Source of the DNA: an uncultured Nitrospinaceae bacterium
GTDB lineage: Bacteria > UBA8248
Direction: 5' to 3'
DNA length: 42,021 nucleotides
Assembly (NCBI GenBank): GCA_964005815.1
Contig: CAXFSR010000024.1
Location: 1-42,021, forward strand
Below the pieces are notes generated by a model. That model did no database searches. It saw nothing but the letters and a program-made list of their open reading frames with translations, and was not told the origin of the DNA. Of the stretch, positions 9,482 through 19,066 are shown one piece after another. Made by a program: the position numbers and the translations under genes. Each line of letters opens with the position of its first letter. The stretch's first letter is position 1.

Positions 9482-10239
9482 GAATCAGTGTAATCAAAAC
9501 TTATAATTCTTTTTCAAAACTTCTAAAACTAAATACAAATCATTTGGTTTCCATAATGGGTGCAGGCGGCAAAGCAACCTTAATGAAAAGACTGATTCTT
9601 GAAGCTCAGGAATGCAATAATCCAATTCTCGTAACAGGCACAACAAATCTACATTCTTTTAAAAACACAAAAGGATTAAAAACAATCTCCGGGAATGAAG
9701 GATTAAGAATTTTACAAAAAGATGAAAAAATTATATGGACCAAAAAAAAATTACCGAATGATATTTTTCATGGATTCTCGACTGTAGAAATAGATAAAAT
9801 TCAAAAAAATGCAGAAAAACATCTAATTATTGTGAAAACAGACGGTGCAAGAAAAAGATTAATCAAAGTTCCCAACTCTAAAGAACCTCTTATCCCTAAA
9901 AAGACCACTCACTGCATTGCTATCTTTAATGTGCAATGTATCGGGCAAAAAGCCTCTTCAAAACTTATACACCGTTTTGAACTATGTTCCCAAATAGCAG
10001 AATTAAAAGAAAATAATAAAATTGATTGTTCACATATAGTGAATCTAATTTCTTATAAAAATGGATATCTTTCTCGTATGCCTAAAGATTCAAAAAAAAT
10101 TTTATATCTTTCTGGTTGTCTAAAAACAGAGGATATAAAAAATGCAGAAAAAATATGTAAATCCGTTCAAAAAATTGGATATGACATTATTGTTTTCGGG
10201 GATACAATTGAAAAGAAGTTTTTTTTATACGGAGAATAA
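9421..10239 (+). CDS. yqeC: YqeC-family selenium-dependent hydroxylase accessory protein
   Basis: VSIMGAGGKATLM, VTGTTNLH, KTDGARKRLIKVP..KEPLIP, IHRFE. Start uncertain: the TTG at 9421 overlaps the ADH gene by 61 nt. Confidence 0.78.
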   Translation: MQSQKTYSRRNRKNISICYLGISVIKTYNSFSKLLKLNTNHLVSIMGAGGKATLMKRLILEAQECNNPILVTGTTNLHSFKNTKGLKTISGNEGLRILQKDEKIIWTKKKLPNDIFHGFSTVEIDKIQKNAEKHLIIVKTDGARKRLIKVPNSKEPLIPKKTTHCIAIFNVQCIGQKASSKLIHRFELCSQIAELKENNKIDCSHIVNLISYKNGYLSRMPKDSKKILYLSGCLKTEDIKNAEKICKSVQKIGYDIIVFGDTIEKKFFLYGE

Positions 10240-10241
10240 AA

Positions 10242-11414
10242 ATGTCCGAATATGAAGAATTAAAAAAATATCTAGAAAAAAATAAAAAAGAAATAAAAAA
10301 GGAAATTAAGGAAATCGTGCAAATAGATTCGCCCACATATCCTGCATTAGGAACAAACAAGGTAATCGATTATTTTTCAAAAAAATTCAAATTATTTGAG
10401 ATTCAAAGTAAAAGATTGAAAGGAACTAAAGGGACGGGAGATCATTTATTAGTTACGATTAAGGGAAAACAAAAAAACAAATCTAAAATCTTATTAATAG
10501 GGCATTGTGACACTGTTTTTCCATTACAAACTTCAGATAAAAGACCTTTTAAAATAAAAGGAAAAACTGCCTTTGGACCAGGGGTCGCTGATATGAAAAG
10601 TAGTCTTATTACTTGTATACACGTAATTAAATTTATACAAGAAAAATATTTGGAAAAAGTGGGGGAAATACAAATTCTGTTTAATTCTGATGAAGAAAGA
10701 GGCAATCCATCATCACGCACTATTATTGAGAAATTGGCTAAAAATACGTCCGCAGGCCTCATTATTGAACCAGCACGCGCAAACGGCTCCATCGTTTCTG
10801 CAAGAAAAGGTAGTGTTATTGGAAAACTAGAAGTAAATGGGATCGCCGCTCACTCTGGCGTAGAACCAGAGAAAGGAGCCAGTGCTATCTATGAGATAAC
10901 AAAAAAAATTGCGGAGATATTAAAACTAAAAGTTAAAAATGGAAATATTAATGTGACAGGTTTAATGGGTGGAGACAGACCTAATATAGTTGCAGAAAAA
11001 GCAGAATGTCTTATTGAATTAAGGGCTTCTGAACAAAGTACGCTTAACAAAACTACTGAAAGAATAAAAAAAATTGTTGCAAAAAAACCGTTTGTACCAA
11101 AAACAAAATCTACATATAAAATTATTGGACAAAGACCAGCTATGGAATTTAATCAAAAAACGAATGTTTTGTTAAAAATTACTGAAAAAATATATGAAAA
11201 AGCTAGAATGAGATTTTCACATACTTCTACAGGTGGGGGTTCTGACGGAAATTATTTATCTGCGATGGGAGTTCCTGTTTTAGACGGATTAGGACCAATC
11301 GGAGGAAGTTTACATACAGATCTCGAATATTTACAACTAGAGTCAATACCAAGAAGAGGCGCTGTACTAGGAACTCTCATTATACAACTTAGTTCTTGTT
11401 CAGAAATAAAATAA
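10242..11414 (+). CDS. M20 metallopeptidase (glutamate carboxypeptidase-like)
   Basis: GHCDTVF, GPGVADMK, DEE, EP, AHSG, GGSDGN, LDGLGP..G.LH. Confidence 0.92.
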   Translation: MSEYEELKKYLEKNKKEIKKEIKEIVQIDSPTYPALGTNKVIDYFSKKFKLFEIQSKRLKGTKGTGDHLLVTIKGKQKNKSKILLIGHCDTVFPLQTSDKRPFKIKGKTAFGPGVADMKSSLITCIHVIKFIQEKYLEKVGEIQILFNSDEERGNPSSRTIIEKLAKNTSAGLIIEPARANGSIVSARKGSVIGKLEVNGIAAHSGVEPEKGASAIYEITKKIAEILKLKVKNGNINVTGLMGGDRPNIVAEKAECLIELRASEQSTLNKTTERIKKIVAKKPFVPKTKSTYKIIGQRPAMEFNQKTNVLLKITEKIYEKARMRFSHTSTGGGSDGNYLSAMGVPVLDGLGPIGGSLHTDLEYLQLESIPRRGAVLGTLIIQLSSCSEIK

Positions 11415-11423
11415 AGAACTGAA

Positions 11424-12440
11424 TCACTTCAGATGATCCCATCTTTTAATTTTAGCCTCATGCAAACCATTTTCTGTTTCAATTTTTATTCCTTCATCAA
11501 GAGAAACTATTTCTCCTATATCTGTTAATCTTAATTTTAGAGTGTGGTAAAAGTACTCTTCTATCTTTTCCGCATCACGTTTCGAAGCTGTCATTAAAAG
11601 TTCATAATCTTCTCCACCGTGAAATGCAAAGTCAAGTGGATCGATTACAGATTGTTTTCCTAAATTCCGAAGTTCTGAAGAAATATAAATAGATTTAGCA
11701 TCAAGAACAGCACCTACTTTAGATGCATTGCAAATATGAGCCAAGTCTCCTAGAAGAGAATCACTGATATCTATCATGGAATTAGCATATTCTGATTTTC
11801 CAACAAAATTTCCAGCATCAACTCTAGCTTCAGGTCGTATTTGTTTATTTATAAGAAAATCTCTTTCTTTTTTTTTAACAAAAATTTCTGGATTGGATAA
11901 AATAAAATGACCCGCAGCAGCCGTACCTAATTCGCCCGTTACCAAAATTCGATCCCCAATCCTAGCCCCGCTTCTTTTAACCAATTTGTTTCTTTCTGTC
12001 TCACCTATCATAAACAGATCTACAAACATCGGACCTCTCGTACTACTTACATTCCCTCCAAGTAAAACAATTCCCATTTTATTACATATCGATTTCATCT
12101 CTTCGCTAAAATCTTTTAAAAATGTGTCTGTCATAGAATTGTGACTAGAAAGTCCTAGAGAAAGTAATGCAAAACGGGGTTTAGCACCCATAGCCGCAAT
12201 ATCACTCATATTCACAGCCATAATTTTATTTGCTATATCTTCACTAGTAGAAGTTTTTAAACGGAAATGCACATCTTCCATTTGAATGTCTGTTGAAAGG
12301 ACCCAGCATTTTTCACCTCCAGCATCAATAACAGCAGCATCATCGCCATTGCCCAAAACAATATCATTATATTTTTTTGAAGTTGCAAATTTTGACTGCA
12401 AGAAATCTATGAGGGAAAATTCTGTGAATTTTTCATTCAT
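11424..12440 (-). CDS. thiL: Thiamine-monophosphate kinase
   Basis: GDDAA, NMSDIAAMGAKP, MIDISD, GGEDYEL, C-terminal WDH. Confidence 0.93.
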   Translation of the reverse strand: MNEKFTEFSLIDFLQSKFATSKKYNDIVLGNGDDAAVIDAGGEKCWVLSTDIQMEDVHFRLKTSTSEDIANKIMAVNMSDIAAMGAKPRFALLSLGLSSHNSMTDTFLKDFSEEMKSICNKMGIVLLGGNVSSTRGPMFVDLFMIGETERNKLVKRSGARIGDRILVTGELGTAAAGHFILSNPEIFVKKKERDFLINKQIRPEARVDAGNFVGKSEYANSMIDISDSLLGDLAHICNASKVGAVLDAKSIYISSELRNLGKQSVIDPLDFAFHGGEDYELLMTASKRDAEKIEEYFYHTLKLRLTDIGEIVSLDEGIKIETENGLHEAKIKRWDHLK

Positions 12441-13075
12441 TTTGTTGCCCTATCGATTATTTTCCTCATCTGTTCACATACTTTTTCTGGACAAGATGAA
12501 CTCATAATTGCAGCGATAACGGCAACTCCTGAAACTCCGCTTTCTAGAACCTGCTCAATATTCTTTAAATTGATTCCTCCAATAGCAACAATTGGAAAAT
12601 CAGGAAAACAATCTACCATTTTTATTAATCCTTCTAGTCCAATAGGCATTCTCGAAGTTTGTTTGCTTTTCGTAGAAAAAGTAGGACCCACACCAATATA
12701 ATTAGCACCATCCCTTATTGCAACTTCAGCCAATTCAGGATTTGAAGCGGAAACCCCAAAAATAAAATTTGAGCCTGCTATTTTCTTTGCTCTAGGCAAC
12801 AAATAATCATCTTGGCCAAAATGAACACCACTAGCATTTGAAACTAGCGCAATATCTAATCTGTCGTTTATAACAAGAGTACAATCACTACCTAGCATGA
12901 CTTTTTGGACATTTTCTGCAAGTTTTAAAAATTCAACAGACTCGATATTTTTTTCACGCAACTGAATCATTGTCGCTCCACTATACGCAATAGAACGGAC
13001 CACTTCCAAAAAAGGGATGTTCGAAGAATTCCTAACCATATTTCGATCTGTTACGACAATTAATCTAGGATCCAA
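12437..13075 (-). CDS. thiE: Thiamine-phosphate synthase
   Basis: QLREK, INDRLDIA, GVHFGQDD, GP.F.T.SK, VAIGGI; TTG start. Confidence 0.93.
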   Translation of the reverse strand: MDPRLIVVTDRNMVRNSSNIPFLEVVRSIAYSGATMIQLREKNIESVEFLKLAENVQKVMLGSDCTLVINDRLDIALVSNASGVHFGQDDYLLPRAKKIAGSNFIFGVSASNPELAEVAIRDGANYIGVGPTFSTKSKQTSRMPIGLEGLIKMVDCFPDFPIVAIGGINLKNIEQVLESGVSGVAVIAAIMSSSCPEKVCEQMRKIIDRATK

Positions 13076-13340
13076 AAAATCTTCTCCTTTGAAAAAAATT
13101 ATAGCCCTTAAAGTATATATACATAAATAAAATTCTAATTTAAATTAAAATCCTCTTATATAATAAACAATCTATTATTTATTTTTTCAAAAGAAAAAGT
13201 TGATATTCTTGACGGAATACCGTTTCCACTTTATGTTCTCTTGAATGGACAATCTCTTGTTCCACTAGCATGTTAAATGTATTTTACTTACTAAGTTAGC
13301 TAGTTTTTATTTTTTTGAACTTAAAAGGAAATTAAAAAAT

Positions 13341-14624
13341 TTGTTAGATATTCGTGAGATACGAAAAAATCCCGATGAAGTACTAAATCAATTACAAAGA
13401 CGAAGTGGTGATTGGGAAATTAGTTCGCTACTAGATGCAGATTCTGTTCGCAGAAATTTATCTCACGAGGTCGAAAGTCGTGTCGCAGAAATCAGGAAAA
13501 GAAGCAAAAAAATTGGAGAACTTAAACGAAAACAAGAAGATGGAGAAGAACTTAATGAACTTTTAGCAAAAAACGAAAAATTATCCCAAGAAGTAAAGAT
13601 ACATGAAAACAAGCTGAAAGAAGCCGAAATTCTTCACAATAATGCTTTAATGAATTTACCTAACCTTCCTCATTCAAGCGTCCCTGATGGAAATTCAGCT
13701 GATGACAATCAGTTTATTAGAGAACATGGCAAAAAACCAGATTTTAGTTTTACGCCTAAAAGTCATGATGAAATCGGAAATATCTTAGGAATTTTTGATC
13801 TTGAAAGAGCATCCAAAATTGCGGGTTCTAGATTTGCTCTTTATAAGGGGAATGGCGCACAGTTAGAGAGAGCACTTATTAATTTCATGCTTGATATACA
13901 TACAAATGAAAATAATTACACAGAATGGATTACCCCCTTCATGGTAAACAAGAAATCTATGACCGGAACAGGGCAGCTTCCTAAATTTGAGGAAGATCTA
14001 TTTAAAGTTGAAAACACTGATTATTATTTAATCCCTACAGCGGAAGTACCGCTAACTAACATTCACAGAGAAGAAGTACTAACAAATGAAACTCTTCCTC
14101 TTAAATACACAGCATACACTCCGTGTTTTAGAAGTGAAGCTGGTTCTTATGGACAAGATACCAAAGGTTTAATCAGACAACATCAATTTAATAAAGTGGA
14201 ACTTGTTAAACTATGTCACCCTGAAAACAGTTACGAAGAATTAGAGAAACTCACTCTCGATGCAGAGGGAATTCTCAAAAAACTTAACCTACATTATAGA
14301 GTAATGAATTTGTGCGCCGGGGATTTAGGTTTTTCAGCAGCTAAAACATACGATTTAGAAGTATGGCTACCTTCACAAAATACATATAGAGAAATTTCAT
14401 CTTGTAGTAATTTCGAAGACTTTCAATCTAGACGTTCTCAAATACGATATAAACCTGAACAAAACAGTAAGCCCGAATTTGTTCATACAATCAATGGGTC
14501 CGGTTTAGCTGTAGGAAGAACACTCGTAGCTATTTTAGAAAATTATCAAAATGAAGATGGGAGTGTGTCAATTCCTGAAGCTCTTCTACCATATATGGGA
14601 AAAACAAAGAAAATTACCGCATAA
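13341..14624 (+). CDS. serS: Seryl-tRNA synthetase
   Basis: MLDI.., [51 protein letters not shown]. Confidence 0.97.
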   Translation: MLDIREIRKNPDEVLNQLQRRSGDWEISSLLDADSVRRNLSHEVESRVAEIRKRSKKIGELKRKQEDGEELNELLAKNEKLSQEVKIHENKLKEAEILHNNALMNLPNLPHSSVPDGNSADDNQFIREHGKKPDFSFTPKSHDEIGNILGIFDLERASKIAGSRFALYKGNGAQLERALINFMLDIHTNENNYTEWITPFMVNKKSMTGTGQLPKFEEDLFKVENTDYYLIPTAEVPLTNIHREEVLTNETLPLKYTAYTPCFRSEAGSYGQDTKGLIRQHQFNKVELVKLCHPENSYEELEKLTLDAEGILKKLNLHYRVMNLCAGDLGFSAAKTYDLEVWLPSQNTYREISSCSNFEDFQSRRSQIRYKPEQNSKPEFVHTINGSGLAVGRTLVAILENYQNEDGSVSIPEALLPYMGKTKKITA

Positions 14625-14693
14625 TAATTTTAGAGAAAGACACACAACATCTTTTGATATGTTGAATATATAGTTTCAGATTTTTTTTATTAT

Positions 14694-14779
14694 GGAGGGA
14701 TGGCCGAGTGGTTGAAGGCGGCGGTCTTGAAAACCGTTGAGCGAAAGTTCCGGGGGTTCGAATCCCTCTCCCTCCGCCA
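14694..14779 (+). tRNA. tRNA-Ser(TGA)
   Basis: GGAGGGA acceptor stem, anticodon loop CT-TGA-AA, long variable arm, GGTTCGAATCC, encoded GCCA end. Confidence 0.96.
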
Positions 14780-14926
14780 AAAAAAATCAAATGAACTTTC
14801 TTCTAAAGCAATATTTAAGAACTATGATGTTCAGTAAGAAGTGACTTTTTGATAAATATCACTATAATTCACGTGGTATTGTTCTTTAAATTTTTCATTA
14901 AGAAATTTGTTGAGGATTATTAAAAT

Positions 14927-15018
14927 GGAGAGATGGCCGAGTGGCTGAAGGCGCTCGCCTGCTAAGCGAGTAGGCTGGGAGACCGGCCTCGAGGGTTCGA
15001 ATCCCTCTCTCTCCGCCA
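14927..15018 (+). tRNA. tRNA-Ser(GCT)
   Basis: GGAGAGA acceptor stem, loop CT-GCT-AA, long variable arm, T-loop, GCCA end. Confidence 0.96.
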
Positions 15019-15032
15019 TTTTAAAAAATAAA

Positions 15033-15872
15033 ATGAATAGAAAAATTATTTTAAAAATTTCTGTAATGTTTCAAATTGTTTTTTTATTTTCTTTTCTTAT
15101 TCCTGTTTTTTCTGCAGAAAATAAAAATCCGATTCTTATAATGAAAACTAATTATGGAACAATTTCTCTAGAATTATTTCATAAAAAAGCACCTAGAACT
15201 GTTCATAATTTTATTCGATTAGCTACTAACAAAAAGAAATTCATACATCCAGTAACAGGCAAAACTATCAAACCTCATTTTTATGACGGATTGACATTTC
15301 ATAGAGTTATTAAAGATTTTATGATTCAAGGAGGATGCCCTAAAGGAAATGGAACTGGTGGACCAGGTTATAAATTTGCAGACGAGATCAATGCGAATTC
15401 ATTAGGGCTTCATAAAATCAAGGCATATACAAATTCAAGACCCCATCCATATTTGGGGATAAGTTCTCAAAGAGATTTTCATCTAAAATTAATTAAACCT
15501 CTGTTAAACTCACTTAATATAACAACTCAAGAACAGTTCAATAACAGCAAAAAACTTATTTTCAAAAAATTAGGAGAGCTTTCCGTAAAAGATGCATTCA
15601 AAAATCTAGGGTACAAATATTCAGAAAAGTTCGATTCTGAACATCCTTCAAGAGGAGTTTTGGCTATGGCTAATTCAGGACCTAACACTAATGGTTCTCA
15701 GTTTTTCATTAACCTTGTTGATACTCCTTGGCTGAGGGGAAAACACACTGTTTTTGGCAAAGTAAAAAATGGGATGTCCGTAGTAAACAAAATTGGCAAT
15801 GTTTCGGTAGACAGAAACGGCAAACCAGATTCAAAGGTTATTATTCAATCAATTCGAAAAGAAAATAGATAA
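15033..15872 (+). CDS. Exported cyclophilin-type peptidyl-prolyl isomerase with internal insertion
   Basis: Signal peptide; FYDGLTFHRVIKDFMIQGG, GPGY.F.DE, LAMANSGPNTNGSQFFI, WL.GKHTVFG. Confidence 0.92.
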   Translation: MNRKIILKISVMFQIVFLFSFLIPVFSAENKNPILIMKTNYGTISLELFHKKAPRTVHNFIRLATNKKKFIHPVTGKTIKPHFYDGLTFHRVIKDFMIQGGCPKGNGTGGPGYKFADEINANSLGLHKIKAYTNSRPHPYLGISSQRDFHLKLIKPLLNSLNITTQEQFNNSKKLIFKKLGELSVKDAFKNLGYKYSEKFDSEHPSRGVLAMANSGPNTNGSQFFINLVDTPWLRGKHTVFGKVKNGMSVVNKIGNVSVDRNGKPDSKVIIQSIRKENR

Positions 15873-15888
15873 AAACTCTCTTCTAATT

Positions 15889-16497
15889 TTAAAGTTCAGT
15901 TCTATCTTCTATAGATCTCGAAAGTGTGATTTCATCGGTATACTCGAGTTGACTTCCCATAGGAATACCTCGAGCTAATTTAGATATTTTTACTCCTAAT
16001 GGCTTTAAAATCTTTGAAAGATATAAGGATGTCCCTTCTCCTGCCATATTAGGATTTAGTGCCAAGATCACTTCTTTTGTTCCTAGAGTCTTAATTCGCT
16101 CAACTAATAATGAAATTGTCAAATCTTCAGGTTCTGTTCCGTCAAGAGGGGAGATAAGTCCCATTAGTACATGAAAACTACCTCGAAAGTTTCCGGTTCT
16201 TTGGATAGCAAAAACATCAGAATGATCTTCTACAATACAAATTTCAGGTGGGTCCTTTATAAAACAATTTCTGCAATGATCATCTTTCGACTCACTTTGA
16301 ATTAGCATTGAACAATTGGGACACAAACTGATTTTATCTATCAAAGAATCACAACTCGAAGCAATAACTTTAGACAATTTAGTATCTTTGCTTAAGAGAT
16401 GAAAAACAATTCTTTGTGCGCTTTTTGGGCCAATCCCTGGTAACTTAGCAAAAGCATTTATACATTGTTCAATCGCAGGGAAACGACTAATTACCAA
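15889..16497 (-). CDS. recR: Recombination mediator RecR
   Basis: LPGIGPKSAQR HhH motif, C4 zinc finger, Toprim EVILALNP..GEGT, ARGIPMG. Confidence 0.95.
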   Translation of the reverse strand: MVISRFPAIEQCINAFAKLPGIGPKSAQRIVFHLLSKDTKLSKVIASSCDSLIDKISLCPNCSMLIQSESKDDHCRNCFIKDPPEICIVEDHSDVFAIQRTGNFRGSFHVLMGLISPLDGTEPEDLTISLLVERIKTLGTKEVILALNPNMAGEGTSLYLSKILKPLGVKISKLARGIPMGSQLEYTDEITLSRSIEDRTEL

Positions 16498-16522
16498 TTA
16501 GAATTCCTTTTTTAAATAAAAT

Positions 16523-16837
16523 TTACATTCCTGGAATAGGTAACCCACCTGTTAATTTTTTCATTTCTGTGGACATAAGTTCTTTTCCATTCTTTAACGC
16601 TTCATTACATGCTGCTCTAATCAAATCCTCTAGCATTTCCACATCATCTGAATCAACTACTTCTGGTTCAATTTTAATCGACAAAATTTCACCTCCGCAA
16701 TTCGCAACAACTTTCACCATTCCACCTCCAGAAGTTGCTTCAACCTTCTTCGCCGACATTTCATCTTGTAATTTACTCATCTGTTCCTGAAACTGTCTTG
16801 CTTGTTTCATCAAATTTCCCATACCACCTTTGAACAT
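16523..16837 (-). CDS. ybaB: YbaB/EbfC nucleoid-associated protein
   Basis: MKQA..Q, SGGGMVKV, EMLEDLI.AA.NEA; dnaX-ybaB-recR context. Confidence 0.95.
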   Translation of the reverse strand: MFKGGMGNLMKQARQFQEQMSKLQDEMSAKKVEATSGGGMVKVVANCGGEILSIKIEPEVVDSDDVEMLEDLIRAACNEALKNGKELMSTEMKKLTGGLPIPGM

Positions 16838-16864
16838 TAAGTTTCCTCCTGAAATTCATTATAC

Positions 16865-18520
16865 TTACATTGGTTTTTCATGTGCTCTTATATCAACAAC
16901 TTTTCCATCAAATAAATCTACTACTTCCTGAATCATATCCTTTCCATCATTTTCAATAGATAAATTTGGAGTTGATTTTTTATTCTTTATTTTTCTGTCG
17001 CCATTTTTTTCTAATATAATCTCAGTATCCCAAGTGATAATTTCCTTCAACTTCTCTTTTATGAAAGATAGTTCTTCTTCAATTATACTCAAAAACTGAG
17101 AATTATCTTCAGACGAGTCTATAAGTAATTTAATTTCATTTGAAACGGAAAAATCCACTTTTAAATTATCAAATAATACTCTCCTACTTTCACGAATTTG
17201 AGAAATGACTTGCATCCAAGCTTCTTCTACTTTGGATGAATCCCAATCTATATTCGAACTTTTAGGTATATTTCTAAAATCTTTGTCCTCTTCCAAAGTA
17301 TTTAATGAATCAGCTTCTTTTTTTTTTATATCTACCTTGTCAGGAACTATTGCAGGTTCAGTTTTTTTAAATTCTGTTTTGGAATCCTTAATCTGATCAA
17401 GAAGTTCATCTACATTAGAAATACTATTCATATTGCACATTCGGAGGAAAGCAATCTCAAGAATAAAAAAAGGAGAACTTAAAGTAGATGCTTCTGAAAT
17501 AGTTCCGTTTAAAATATTATATGCATGATGGACTTCTTCAAAAGAAAAAAGAGACAGTATATCTTCTCTCTCTGCAATCTCCCCTTTACTGATATCAAAA
17601 AGTTCTTCGTTTTTTCCTGCTACTTTAAGCACCATCAAATCTCTAAGATAATTTAACAATCCCACTGAAAAAAGTTTTAAATCATGGCCTTGTTCATAAA
17701 TATCCTTAAGCTTTTTTAAAGAATTTAAAGTATTTCTTTCACTGATAGCAGTCAAAATGTAGCTATATACATTAGATGGAGGCAACCCTAGAACGGTTTC
17801 AATATCTTCTTGAATAATTTTGTCTTTTTCTGAAAAAGACAAAATTTGATCAAGAAGTGATAACGCATCTCTTAAACTGCCTTCGCTCATTCTTGAAATA
17901 GAAAAAATAACAGATTCTTCTAGCTCTCTTCCTTTTAATTTAGATACTTCAGAAAGATGCTCTGAAATCTTTTGTACAGAAATTCTTCGAAATTCAAACG
18001 TTTGACATCTACTTATAACTGTGTCAGGAACACGTCTGAGTTCAGTAGTTGCAAAAATAAAAACTACATTTGGTGGAGGTTCTTCTAACGTTTTCAATAG
18101 CGCATTAAACGCTCCCTTCGACAGCATATGAACTTCATCAAGAATGATACACTTATACCTTCCTTTAGATGGCAAATAAACGAGACGTTCTTGCAAGTCT
18201 CTTACATTTTCAACACCTGTATAAGTTGCACCATCAATCTCTAAGACATCTGGATGAGAAGAAATAGAAATCTCATGACAAGAACTACATTTATCACATG
18301 GTTCATTGATATTTTTTCCGTTCTCTTCACAATTAAGTGCCTTTGCAAGAATTCTTGCCGTTGTAGTCTTTCCAACACCTCTTGTTCCCGAAAATAAATA
18401 TGCAGAAGCAACCGTTTTAGACGAGAGAGAATTCATTAACGTTTGACAAATATGTTCCTGACCAATAAGTTTTTCAAACTTTTGGGGTCGATATTCCCTA
18501 GCACTTCCTTCGTAACTCAT
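16865..18520 (-). CDS. dnaX: DNA polymerase III subunit gamma/tau
   Basis: Start ATG at 18520 (MSYEGSAREYRPQKF); GTRGVGKTT, DEVHMLS, LLKTLEEPP, SRC, GSLRDA. The 42 extra N-terminal residues in the ORF track mostly run through the SRP RNA gene. Confidence 0.95.
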   Translation of the reverse strand: MSYEGSAREYRPQKFEKLIGQEHICQTLMNSLSSKTVASAYLFSGTRGVGKTTTARILAKALNCEENGKNINEPCDKCSSCHEISISSHPDVLEIDGATYTGVENVRDLQERLVYLPSKGRYKCIILDEVHMLSKGAFNALLKTLEEPPPNVVFIFATTELRRVPDTVISRCQTFEFRRISVQKISEHLSEVSKLKGRELEESVIFSISRMSEGSLRDALSLLDQILSFSEKDKIIQEDIETVLGLPPSNVYSYILTAISERNTLNSLKKLKDIYEQGHDLKLFSVGLLNYLRDLMVLKVAGKNEELFDISKGEIAEREDILSLFSFEEVHHAYNILNGTISEASTLSSPFFILEIAFLRMCNMNSISNVDELLDQIKDSKTEFKKTEPAIVPDKVDIKKKEADSLNTLEEDKDFRNIPKSSNIDWDSSKVEEAWMQVISQIRESRRVLFDNLKVDFSVSNEIKLLIDSSEDNSQFLSIIEEELSFIKEKLKEIITWDTEIILEKNGDRKIKNKKSTPNLSIENDGKDMIQEVVDLFDGKVVDIRAHEKPM

Positions 18521-18554
18521 AATTAAATTCCGAATGACAAAAAACAAAAAAAGC

Positions 18555-18664
18555 GCCGATAGACCAAGCAACTCGTGGCACCCAGAATGAAAAGTATGCC
18601 GCTGCTTCCTTCCGGACCTGACGGGGTTAACTAAATTCTGCCGCACAAGACCCAGTCAATCGGC
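18555..18664 (-). ncRNA. ffs: Signal recognition particle RNA (small, 4.5S type)
   Basis: Minus strand contains CCGTCAGGTCCGGAAGGAAGCAGCGG (helix 8 signature) closed by GCCGAT...ATCGGC; lies upstream of dnaX. Confidence 0.95.
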
Positions 18665-18683
18665 TATATCAACTTTATTTTTA

Positions 18684-18772
18684 TGGCGGAGGGAGTGGGA
18701 TTCGAACCCACGTTAGGGGTTACCTAAACACGCTTTCCAAGCGTGCGCCTTCAGCCACTCGGCCATCCCTCC
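18684..18772 (-). tRNA. tRNA-Ser(GGA)
   Basis: Reverse complement reads GGAGGGATGGCCGAG...CT-GGA-AA loop...GGTTCGAATCC...CTCCGCCA. Confidence 0.96.
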
Positions 18773-18833
18773 TAAATAATAAAACCTGAAGTATTGAATC
18801 AGGAAAAATGAAATGAAACAACCCAGTTTTTTG

Positions 18834-18862
18834 TTGACAACCAAGAGTATATCATCCATCAT
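18834..18862 (+). promoter_or_regulatory. Putative sigma70 promoter for the small unit upstream of the amidase
   Basis: TTGACA at 18834-18839, 17-nt spacer, weak -10 CATCAT at 18857-18862. Confidence 0.4.
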
Positions 18863-18893
18863 TATTCCACGTCAGAAAGGAGGTGGTCAAAAT

Positions 18894-18932
18894 ATGAAAA
18901 TTCACTGTATAGACGAGGTGGCTGCTGATTAG
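18894..18932 (+). CDS. Putative 12-aa small ORF MKIHCIDEVAAD
   Basis: Preceded by the very long SD AGAAAGGAGGTG (18874-18885); ends at TAG 18930-18932. An in-frame upstream ATG at 18813 also exists. Confidence 0.45.
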   Translation: MKIHCIDEVAAD

Positions 18933-18995
18933 GGTGATGACATTTACCTAACAGGGATTTCATCGCTTCTGAGTAGAATCCCAACAGTTTACCGA

Positions 18996-19035
18996 CAAGA
19001 CCCCTTCTTTTTTAAGATGGGGTCTTGCGTTTTTT
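18996..19035 (+). terminator. Intrinsic terminator ahead of the amidase
   Basis: CAAGACCCC...GGGGTCTTG stem followed by CGTTTTTT. Confidence 0.8.
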
Positions 19036-19066
19036 AAAAATAAATTTTGAAAATTGAGGTAATCGG

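Noticed and set aside
13076..13340. Possible TPP riboswitch before thiE or T-box before serS
   Set aside because: No CTGAGA/TPP core or T-box motif visible; the region is plain AT-rich promoter DNA.
14694..14779. tRNA with TGA in the anticodon as a possible tRNA-Sec
   Set aside because: Anticodon TGA reads UCA (Ser); tRNA-Sec needs anticodon TCA and an 8-bp acceptor stem. No selC was seen in the window.
14831..15019. 62-aa ORF MAEREGFEPS...
   Set aside because: It is the antisense reading of tRNA-Ser(GCT).
18521..18646. N-terminal extension of DnaX in the ORF track
   Set aside because: It runs through the SRP RNA gene; homologous DnaX sequence starts at ATG 18520.
18875..19037. Recoding in the small unit: TAG read-through at 18930, or a GGC-TGC-TGA-TTA-GGG-TGA-TGA Sec-like frame
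   Set aside because: The read-through product crosses the terminator and resembles nothing; the TGA-rich frame has no ATG start.
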